Source: Hyperthermus butylicus DSM 5456 (GTDB lineage: Archaea > Thermoproteota > Thermoprotei_A > Sulfolobales > Pyrodictiaceae). Taken from it: a DNA stretch of 32,000 nucleotides. The number at the start of each line of letters is the position of its first letter. The first letter of the stretch is position 1. The translations under genes were made by a program, and so were the position numbers. The notes beneath the pieces were generated by a model. That model searched no databases and was not told the DNA's origin. It saw nothing but the letters and a program-made list of their open reading frames with translations. Positions 25,181-32,000 of the stretch are shown piece after piece. The stretch lies in assembly GCF_000015145.1 (NCBI RefSeq), contig NC_008818.1:1530001-1562000 (forward strand), given 5' to 3'.

Positions 25181-27111
25181 GTGTTCCCAAGGGTTGGCTC
25201 TCGATGGCTTGGAGGAGTAATAGTTGAGCTTGAGACTGGCGCGCGTGTAGACATGCTAATGCCCGGCTCTATTGCGCGGTGGCTCCAGCCTGGAGAGCAC
25301 GTAGAGGCGTTATTCACGGAGGAGCCCGAGGCCATTAATGGCGCCTATGTCGCGCCAAAGGATAGCTATAGGCTTTGGCGGCTATGGAGTGACGGCAGCC
25401 GGGTCGAAAAGATACCGGTTTGGCCGCCGTGGAAAAAGGAGGTAAGACTGGAGAGGGAGAGCGTCTTCGGAAGGAAATTGTACGAGTACAGGATTGTTGC
25501 CAGGGAGGCTGTCTCGGAGGATGACTACAAGGAGATTGTGAGCCTGGAACAGTACCATTATGCAAGCAAGGAGGAAATAGTGGCTATTTGGCGCTGCCCG
25601 CTCTGTGGCAGGTACGCTGAAGCCAATGTACAGCCGGAATGTCCAATGTGCGGTGTACCTATGAAGCTACAAGAGATAAGGGGTAGTCTTCCTTCGAGCC
25701 GGTTTATGGTTCTAGAACTTGTCTCTAGGGAGCCCTATGAGCCCAGGATAGTGGGCTATGTACGTGTCGACACGCCGATACCCCTAATGCATCGGCGCAT
25801 AGTAACTGAGGACGGCAGGGTAATAGTCGAGAAGATGATTAGAGAAAAGGTGTTTCCAAGGGACTGGTTCCACCCAACCTTCTGGCCCCTTGCCATTCAG
25901 AGGAGAAGGCAGATACTTGAGAGGTTTAGGGAGTTAGCAGACCTCTATGGCTCGAAAAGAATTGCACGTGCAGCCGTGGGCGAAGAGATAGCTGAAGAGG
26001 CTCTACGTAGGGCTAACACCGCCGCTGCCCGCATTGCCCGCGTAGTAGTACACCCTGACTACCGTGGCGACGGTCTTGGCGTGTTAGCTGTAAAGCTTGC
26101 CGTGGAGTGGATAAAAGGAGCGGCGAATACCAGAGATGAAGCGCGCCAAACACGTCGTTGAGACCATAGCTCAGATGGCTAGGTATAACCCGTTCTTTGA
26201 AAAGGCGGGCTTCTACTACATGTGGGATACTGCGAGCAGCCGCCCAGTCCTCATGTACCCGCTAACCGAGGAGGCTTAGGAGGAGGATACTCGAGTTCCT
26301 ACAACGCGACCCCCAAGCGAGGAGGCATGGAGGCAAGCTGTTCCAGCCAAGGTATGGCAGGGTTGAGCCATTAGCTGGACCTATAAGGTTGGTAAACCTC
26401 ACGAAGATGTATAGGAGCCAACTAGACGTCTCTAGGCTCCCGCCAGATCTCCAAGACGTGCTCAAGGCTTTCGGCGCTGAGAGGAGGCTAGTAGAGAGAT
26501 ACGTACTCAGGGACGTAAACATAGAGGTCAAGCCAGGGGAGGTTGTGGCCGTCGTCGGCGCTAGCGGTGCCGGCAAGACAACCCTTCTGAGGATGGTTAT
26601 CGGAGCAGCACTCGGCATTGACAATGAAAACTACAGGACAACAAGTGGCAGGGTCGAGTTGCCAAGCAACGTTAGACTTGCCGCATTATTGCCGGGAGAG
26701 ATTGAGCCCGAGTTTGGCGATGAGACCTTGCTGGAGCACGTTTCGAGAAAGACTGGCGACCCTGCTGTGAGCGTGGAGATACTCAACGCTGTAGGCCTCA
26801 GCGACGCGATATTCTACAGGGCAAGATTTAGCGAGCTATCTACTGGGCAGAAGGAGAGAGCCAAGCTTGCCAGCCTCCTAGCCGAGAAGCCAAACCTGCT
26901 GATAATAGACGAGTTTACCGCCCACCTGGACCGACTCACAGCGCAGAGGGTTGCAAGGAAACTCGGCAAGCTTGCAAGGGCAGCGGGTATAACCGCTATA
27001 GCCTCGACTAACCGTCCCGAGGTGCTCGAAGCACTAGCGCCAGACAAGATCATACTAGTGGGCTACGGCTCTGCCACGGTGGTCTCCAAGGAGGAGCTAG
27101 GCCTTGGCTAG
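25181..27111 (+). pseudogene. GNAT acetyltransferase - ABC ATPase fusion gene (COG2401-like architecture) interrupted by two +1 frame changes
   Basis: Segment 1 (25181..26161) has a Zn ribbon CPLCGRYAEANVQPECPMCG and the GNAT motif VVHPDYRGDGLG. Segment 2 (open 26115..26279, next frame) reads ERRIPEMKRAKHVVETIAQMARYNPFFEKAGFYYMWD. Segment 3 (open 26266..27111, next frame) reads ...LEFLQRDPQ...GPIRLVNLTKMY, then Walker A GASGAGKT, signature LSTGQKERA and Walker B LLIIDEFTAHLD. Together they give one protein of about 640 aa. Confidence 0.6.
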
Positions 27112-28328
27112 GCCTCAACACCCGCCTCTTTCCTAGTCATGGATGGAGCTGCCTGGCTGGCTAACGGCTGAGACTGCTGCCATCCAGCGTACATGGAGAC
27201 TGACTGCTGAGTAAGGGGTCGCTGTGCCGCTAGCTGCATGTAGGGTGTTTGGATCTGCTGGATAGGCGGCTGAGGAGACGCCATGACGGGGTATGGTGCT
27301 GGCTGCAGCATTGGTTGGGCCTGCTGGGCTGGCAACTGTTGCGCCATGGGGAGCTGCGGCGGCTGGACTGGCGGAACCACGGCCTGCTGCAGGTACGGCT
27401 GGGCTGCCGGTGGTGCCATGGGCTGAGAGAACGCTTGCTGGTATAGGCGGCGTATATCCTCGTTTACGAGGTGTAGGTACACCTGGGTAACCTTGATGTC
27501 CTTATGGCCGAGGAGCCTCTGCACCGCAGGCAGTGGTAGACCCCTACGTAGAGCCTCTGTTGCGAATGTATGGCGTAGCACGTGGGGCCTAACCTTTCTC
27601 GGATCGAGACCTGCCCGCTTCGCCAGCGTCTTTAGCCTCTTATAGAGCCCACTATAGCTTATCCCAAGCAGCTTATCGTCTGGCTTCATGTCTGGATGCA
27701 GCTGGAGCCAGATCTGCATCGCATACTCAGTCAACGGGCCATAGAGGACTATCCTCTCCTCCCCGTACTTGGCGCCTCTTACTCTTATCTCGCGGCGCTG
27801 GAAGTCTATATCGCCGAGCCTGAGTTCTACAGCTTCCTGGGCTCGTAGCCCTGTCTCAAAGAGAAGCGCGACTATGAGGAGGTCTAGGGGGTCCCGGGCT
27901 GCCGCGAGTAGCTTCTCAACCTCCTCCCTACTCAGGGCTTCGACGCGTGCGCCGCGGGGCTTCTTTACCACCGGCACCTTTACATCTAGGCCTAGCCATG
28001 CTAGGAAGCCCCGGAGGAACAATGTGTAGTAGTGCATTGTTGCCTGGCGGCTGCGGGCGTCGAGGAGATTATTGCCGCTGCTCCTTGGCCTTCGCACACC
28101 CTTGGAGAGCCTCTCGTATATCCATGCGGAGACATCGCTGCTGTCTATCTGGAAGATGTGTTTGTCGCCTATGAAGTCTAGGAAGTCGCGTAGTGCTGCA
28201 CGGTAGGCCTTCACAGTCTTTGGGCTTGCACCAGCTGCGGCTAGGGCTGCAAGGAAAGCCTCAACTATCTCCTCGTTGCTCTTCGATTCTATTCCGGGCG
28301 GCGGCGGTGGCAGGTCGAATTTCGTCAA
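27108..28328 (-). CDS. xerA: XerA/XerC-type tyrosine recombinase with a 106-residue Gln/Pro-rich C-terminal extension
   Basis: N-terminal SAM-like core-binding region (EEIVEAFLAALAAAGASPKTVKAYRAALRDFLDF). Catalytic region GLRAQE...HVLRHTFAT...LLGHKDIKVTQVYLH, carrying the R...HxxR...H...Y residues. The tail occupies 27111-27428. Confidence 0.8.
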   Translation of the reverse strand: MTKFDLPPPPPGIESKSNEEIVEAFLAALAAAGASPKTVKAYRAALRDFLDFIGDKHIFQIDSSDVSAWIYERLSKGVRRPRSSGNNLLDARSRQATMHYYTLFLRGFLAWLGLDVKVPVVKKPRGARVEALSREEVEKLLAAARDPLDLLIVALLFETGLRAQEAVELRLGDIDFQRREIRVRGAKYGEERIVLYGPLTEYAMQIWLQLHPDMKPDDKLLGISYSGLYKRLKTLAKRAGLDPRKVRPHVLRHTFATEALRRGLPLPAVQRLLGHKDIKVTQVYLHLVNEDIRRLYQQAFSQPMAPPAAQPYLQQAVVPPVQPPQLPMAQQLPAQQAQPMLQPAPYPVMASPQPPIQQIQTPYMQLAAQRPLTQQSVSMYAGWQQSQPLASQAAPSMTRKEAGVEA

Positions 28329-28342
28329 GCAGCGTCCCTATC

Positions 28343-29635
28343 CTAGGTATTCCAGGCCCTTGCTGGGGCTTGGGGCTGCGGCTCCGTGTATAGCGGGGTG
28401 TTACCCTCCCGGAGCCTAGCATGGATTCCCAAGGCTATGTCCTCAATATTTTGCTCTTCTACAACAACCAAGTATGAATCATCGCTTGCTGGTAGTGCTG
28501 CTGTAGCCTTAAGCCCGAGCTGCTCGGGGCTGGCTTTGACACCGGCTAGGAGGAGCAAGGTCGCCCTGGCAGCCTCTACCACTCTGGTTTTGGAGGAGCA
28601 GAACGGCCGCGAGCCTAGCTCCTGTACCACAACAGTCTTCCCGCCTAGCACCTCGACCCTCGCTATCTCGCAGTACTCTTCGCCGCTAGGCGCCGGCCGC
28701 CCAATAATAGCCGGTACTATGCCTACTGCTCCCCCGCCACCCACAGGCGTGACATGCGTAGCTTGACCCGTAAAGCCCATGTATACGAGTTTAACCTCCA
28801 TAACCATGTTTCTGCCAGCCTTAGGCGTGAGCCTTAGTAAGCCAAGTCTAGCCAGGAGGACTGCCTGGCCCACACCTATCGCTCTAAGAGGCTCGGCACC
28901 AGGCTGGGGAGGCTCAACCGGGTATATGCCGGGTGGCTCTCTCAACACTCTAACCTCTCTCGCTCCCAGCAAGTTGCCGAGCACTAGGCCGGTGAGCACC
29001 TCTCCCGCCCAGCCAAGCATCATTATCCGGCCCGTGGAGCTTCCAGCCACGCCACCAGCTACGACGGGCACGACACCATGCTCGAGTAGTATGCTTATCT
29101 TTGCCTTCACGGACGCACTCGAAGCCGCGTAGTCCGGATCTGCGTTGAGGGGCTTACCTACAGCGATTATTCCGGCTTCCCTGCCGCTAAGCCATACAGC
29201 CTCGATACCCCTGCTTCGCAGTGCTGCCGCTGTAAGGGCTGCTGAGAGTTTTGACCCGTAGGAGAGGAGTAGGGCTGCTGCTTGCTCCCAGGACTCGCCG
29301 GCAACAGCCATGGTCCAGGCGATACGGGCCATGTCGTCGGAGAGACGAGAGTACTCGCCGCGGAGTATCTCTAGCTCCCTCTCACTAGTAACAGCGCCAC
29401 GAGCCATCGAGGCATACCTCGACATGACTGTTTTGACTATGCGCTCCCAGCTGTAACGGTGAGGTGAAATAGTAAACCTCCACAACTCCTCCTCAACATT
29501 GTACGCCGGACCGGCTACCAGCACCAGGCTATACTTATCCATAAGACCTTCAACAGTGTTTACTAGCGATATGAGTCGTGAAGAGTCCCGGAGAACCGAG
29601 GGCGTCACAACAACTACCAACGGCTCACCATGCAA
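28343..29635 (-). CDS. amino-acid-kinase fold protein, aspartokinase-like with degenerate catalytic motifs
   Basis: GSKLSAALTAAALRSRGIEAVWLSGREAGI and VVPVVAGGVAGSSTGRIMMLGWAGEV...REVRVLREPPGIYPVEP are colinear with the aspartokinase blocks (SGE..SA.LLA..L...G..A..L....AGI; VVAGFQG...TTLGRGGSD...EI.TDV.GV.TADP). The N-terminal KFGGTS is replaced by VVVTPSV and GRGGSD by GWAGEV. Confidence 0.5.
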   Translation of the reverse strand: MHGEPLVVVVTPSVLRDSSRLISLVNTVEGLMDKYSLVLVAGPAYNVEEELWRFTISPHRYSWERIVKTVMSRYASMARGAVTSERELEILRGEYSRLSDDMARIAWTMAVAGESWEQAAALLLSYGSKLSAALTAAALRSRGIEAVWLSGREAGIIAVGKPLNADPDYAASSASVKAKISILLEHGVVPVVAGGVAGSSTGRIMMLGWAGEVLTGLVLGNLLGAREVRVLREPPGIYPVEPPQPGAEPLRAIGVGQAVLLARLGLLRLTPKAGRNMVMEVKLVYMGFTGQATHVTPVGGGGAVGIVPAIIGRPAPSGEEYCEIARVEVLGGKTVVVQELGSRPFCSSKTRVVEAARATLLLLAGVKASPEQLGLKATAALPASDDSYLVVVEEQNIEDIALGIHARLREGNTPLYTEPQPQAPARAWNT

Positions 29636-29674
29636 CCAGGCCGGCCCCGGATAGGGTAGAAGGCTGGGAGGGGG

Positions 29675-30400
29675 TCAAGAGGTGCTATGTGCCTCCTCCC
29701 TCGCCACCCCTCCCGTCTTGGAGTGGCGTAGCAAACCTTGCAACACGCTTATGAACTTAGGTGGATCTATTGATATTACGCCCAGAGCCTCCGCAAACCT
29801 CCTCACACCCTCGTCATTGCTCACAAGGACTCCCCTAACCTCCAGTGCTAGGAGCACAGCGTCTAGATCCTCAACACTGTCCAGCATACCATGCCTTGTT
29901 GCCTCGCGGTAGCGCTCCCGTAGCCCCCGAATTATCGCGCCAAGCTTCTCTCTCCTAGCCTCCCTACTCGCCGTCTCTGCCGCATAGAGGCCACCGGCTT
30001 CGAAGGCTCTACGCACGTGCTCCTCTGCTACACGAAGCCCCCTTGCCAGCCTAGCACGAACCTCCTCCACGTAGTCCCTCACTATGCTTGCTGGTATCCT
30101 TATTTCATGCCTCGTTGGGGGCTTAATGGTTATCCATGCAGCTAGGGCCTCGAATGACTGTACTGTGACTCCATTGGAGAGGAGGAAACGGCGAGCCTCC
30201 TCGTACACCGTTGGCGGCATGTATACCTCCACGCCATAGGCTATCCTTACCGACGCTATGAGCTCAGCAAACCTTCTCACAGCTTCGTCCAAGCTTCCAC
30301 TCCCGAGGAGGCTTCTCAGCCTTGTATCGGTTAGCGCGCTCGTATCCAGCACATAGACCCTCAGCAGCCGCTGCAGCCTAGCCTCAGCCATGGCTGTCAC
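29675..30400 (-). CDS. PIN-domain RNA ligase partner protein (MJ_0950 / UPF0278-like)
   Basis: N-terminal VYVLDTSALTD and C-terminal LLALEVRGVLVSNDEGV acidic PIN motifs with a long helical insert. The size (241 aa) and proximity to an Rnl3-type RNA ligase gene match the family as I recall it. Confidence 0.6.
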   Translation of the reverse strand: MTAMAEARLQRLLRVYVLDTSALTDTRLRSLLGSGSLDEAVRRFAELIASVRIAYGVEVYMPPTVYEEARRFLLSNGVTVQSFEALAAWITIKPPTRHEIRIPASIVRDYVEEVRARLARGLRVAEEHVRRAFEAGGLYAAETASREARREKLGAIIRGLRERYREATRHGMLDSVEDLDAVLLALEVRGVLVSNDEGVRRFAEALGVISIDPPKFISVLQGLLRHSKTGGVAREEAHSTS

Positions 30401-30430
30401 CTCTAGCCCGCATCCTCGCCTCCCTGCTGT

Positions 30431-31156
30431 ATGCCTTGTAGCCTAGCCTACTCTAACTGTGTCTACGTCGCTACATGCGAAGGGTTTTATACTAATCAGC
30501 TCTGGGGCCTACACTGCATAGGGGCTAGCTTGGCTGAGAAATGCCGGCTCCCCGTAGCGCTCATAGCTGTAACGAGCTTCTTATCAATCCTCATACTATT
30601 CCTCCTCATAGCCAGTGACTTGGCCATCCTAGATCTCGTTGTAACCTATCTCGTCGCGGCAAGCCTAGCTAGCGGGATAGCCACATATCTTCTTGCTAGG
30701 AGGCTCGCAGCCACAGTGTATAGGGCTGCCGAGCTGCTACGACAGAACCTGGAGCAGCAAGCCTGTGTTGAGCCGAGGGTCCTCACAAGCTACGCATTGC
30801 TCCTCCACTCTGCAGCTGGCTTCGAGCAGGTAGGAGCTATGTGGCCCCTCGTAACTGCATCAGCCGGGATAGCCGGCATATACATTCTCGTCACATCATA
30901 CTACCTTCTATGGAGAAGCATAGCTGCCTTCAGAGAGGCCTGCAACGCAGATAACATGGCAAGCTATCCGAGTGTCGCAGCTATCGCTGCCGCCCTGCTT
31001 GCAAGCCTCGGACTAGCTGGCGTGTTACTAGCACCACTCTATAGTAGGGCTTGCCGCCTACTCGATAGCTGCGGGGTACAGCATGACGGACAAATGCAAG
31101 ATGAAGCAAATACTAGTACTCCTAGCATTAATAGCATACCTTTACGGCCTAGCTAA
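30431..31156 (+). CDS. hypothetical polytopic membrane protein
   Basis: ORF with at least five hydrophobic segments. No motif recognised and the start is uncertain. Confidence 0.4.
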   Translation: MPCSLAYSNCVYVATCEGFYTNQLWGLHCIGASLAEKCRLPVALIAVTSFLSILILFLLIASDLAILDLVVTYLVAASLASGIATYLLARRLAATVYRAAELLRQNLEQQACVEPRVLTSYALLLHSAAGFEQVGAMWPLVTASAGIAGIYILVTSYYLLWRSIAAFREACNADNMASYPSVAAIAAALLASLGLAGVLLAPLYSRACRLLDSCGVQHDGQMQDEANTSTPSINSIPLRPS

Positions 31157-31295
31157 CCCCCACCTATACATGTACGTCGTACGGGCTAGCCTCGCACTAC
31201 TCGCCATTACGGCCACCTACATCCTCCTCTCCTACATCTCAACCAGCTGCAGAGAGCCCAAGGCGCCGCCCAGGGGAAAGGCTGAGAGAAATTAA
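31083..31295 (+). CDS. small hypothetical membrane protein
   Basis: 70-aa ORF with two hydrophobic segments (ILVLLALIAYLYGL, LALLAITATYILLSYI). Overlaps the preceding ORF by 74 nt in a different frame. Weak support. Confidence 0.25.
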   Translation: MTDKCKMKQILVLLALIAYLYGLANPHLYMYVVRASLALLAITATYILLSYISTSCREPKAPPRGKAERN

Positions 31296-31310
31296 GGAGA
31301 CATCTGTGGG

Positions 31311-32000
31311 CTAGTCTACCGGCGACAGACCAGTATCTAGCACTTTGCGCAGTTGTATCCACGTATCCTTTATCTTCCTCATCCTGGCCCGGAGGCCCTC
31401 ATCCTCCCTAGACGTTGAAACCACAACTATATCAACACCAAGCTCGGCCATGTAGCTTGTAAACTCTTCTAGCTCAACCTCATCGGCGAATACCAGTTCG
31501 AACTCCTCATAGAGCATATCACCCATTGCAACCTTCCTTATAGACTCCAGCGCTGGCTCTGTGGCTGCTCTGCCAAACTCTAGAGCAAGCTTCTCGAGCT
31601 GGGCATCGCCAAACCCCTCCTCATAGGCTCTAAAGAGTTCTCTTAGCAGCCTCGAGAAGAGGAAGGAGCGACCCTCCTCCATGAAGAATCTCATCCCATA
31701 CCTTACATCGCCTATGTTTACCGCCGAGGTGGTGTATTTTAGCGGTGGCACCCTGTACTCGGGATCCTTAGCGACTACGCCCTCACGCCCCTCCCTATCG
31801 AGTTCTGCAACTATCTGCTTAAACATCTCAACATCATTCTTGTCTATTACTCCGAGGAGCCGAACATGCTTTAACCCGTACTTTTCCAGCAGCTCGTTAC
31901 GCTCAAGCGGCGGCAACGGCTTCAACTCATGAAATAGGTCGAAGACGAAGTAGTCGAAGCGTGGAGCCTCCGGGTAGAAGTACCTCGTGTAGGGGTTTTC
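31311..32000 (-). CDS. ATP-dependent RNA ligase, Rnl3 / Pab1020-like (C-terminal part; the 5' end lies beyond the window)
   Basis: LERNELLEKYGLKHVRLLG...EGREGVVAKDPEYRVPPLKYTTSAVNIGDVRYGMRFF... is colinear with my recollection of Pyrococcus abyssi Pab1020 (VEERLKLAEEYGIPSVEVFG...KREGIVMKSPDMKKIVKYVTPYANINDIKIGARIFF). The track's TTG start at 31925 is an artefact: I translated the frame as open up to position 32000 (ENPYTRYFYPEAPRFDYFVFDLFHELKPLPP...). Confidence 0.75.
   Translation of the reverse strand, partial: ENPYTRYFYPEAPRFDYFVFDLFHELKPLPPLERNELLEKYGLKHVRLLGVIDKNDVEMFKQIVAELDREGREGVVAKDPEYRVPPLKYTTSAVNIGDVRYGMRFFMEEGRSFLFSRLLRELFRAYEEGFGDAQLEKLALEFGRAATEPALESIRKVAMGDMLYEEFELVFADEVELEEFTSYMAELGVDIVVVSTSREDEGLRARMRKIKDTWIQLRKVLDTGLSPVD

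Noticed and set aside
26266-26290. Programmed prfB/Ty1-like +1 frameshift at GCU-UAG-G with flanking GGAGG repeats
   Set aside because: A P-site slip from GCU to CUU is not cognate. A second, unrelated +1 change is needed 150 nt upstream in the same gene. A pseudogene or sequence error is more parsimonious. It is kept only as a remote possibility in the findings.
27108-28328. The tyrosine recombinase as the integrase of the AT-rich island or of another mobile element
   Set aside because: Its N-terminal core-binding and catalytic regions look like the chromosomal XerA/XerC type. It lies 15 kb from the island in GC-normal DNA, and I saw no flanking att-like repeats or tRNA target.
1-32000. CRISPR arrays, rRNA genes, IS elements with terminal inverted repeats
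   Set aside because: I saw no regularly spaced direct repeats, no rRNA-like conserved stretches and no transposase-like ORFs on either strand.

Overview
This window looks like a GC-rich archaeal chromosome segment, probably from a hyperthermophilic crenarchaeote (Desulfurococcales-like). That lineage call is inferred from gene content and I cannot confirm it without a database search. The left third is core metabolism. It holds sfsA, the pantoate genes panB and panE, the archaeal HMG-CoA synthase / acetoacetyl-CoA thiolase / DUF35 operon, and a class I HMG-CoA reductase. A visibly AT-richer island follows at about 8.8-12.1 kb. It carries a secreted glycoprotein with a cysteine-rich tail, a decayed ORF, and a vapB plus frameshifted vapC pair. 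Next come an MFS-like transporter, an orphan OppD-type ABC ATPase, and a 1.2 kb GC-rich stretch with no credible ORF and several strong hairpins. The right half holds the most unusual content. There is a HerA-like ATPase translationally overlapped with a NurA-like nuclease, with no mre11 or rad50 nearby. A second, divergent NurA-like gene lies 3 kb away, separated from the pair by a flavodiiron protein and a PP-loop (PAPS-reductase-like) enzyme. A GNAT-ABC ATPase fusion gene is broken by two +1 frame changes. A XerA-type recombinase carries a 106-residue Gln/Pro-rich tail. An aspartokinase-like protein lacks the kinase glycine motifs. An RNA-ligase-partner PIN protein and a partial Rnl3-type RNA ligase close the window. 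I found no rRNA, convincing tRNA, CRISPR array or intact IS element. Four candidate frame disruptions occur in the window, so sequence error needs excluding before any is called a pseudogene.
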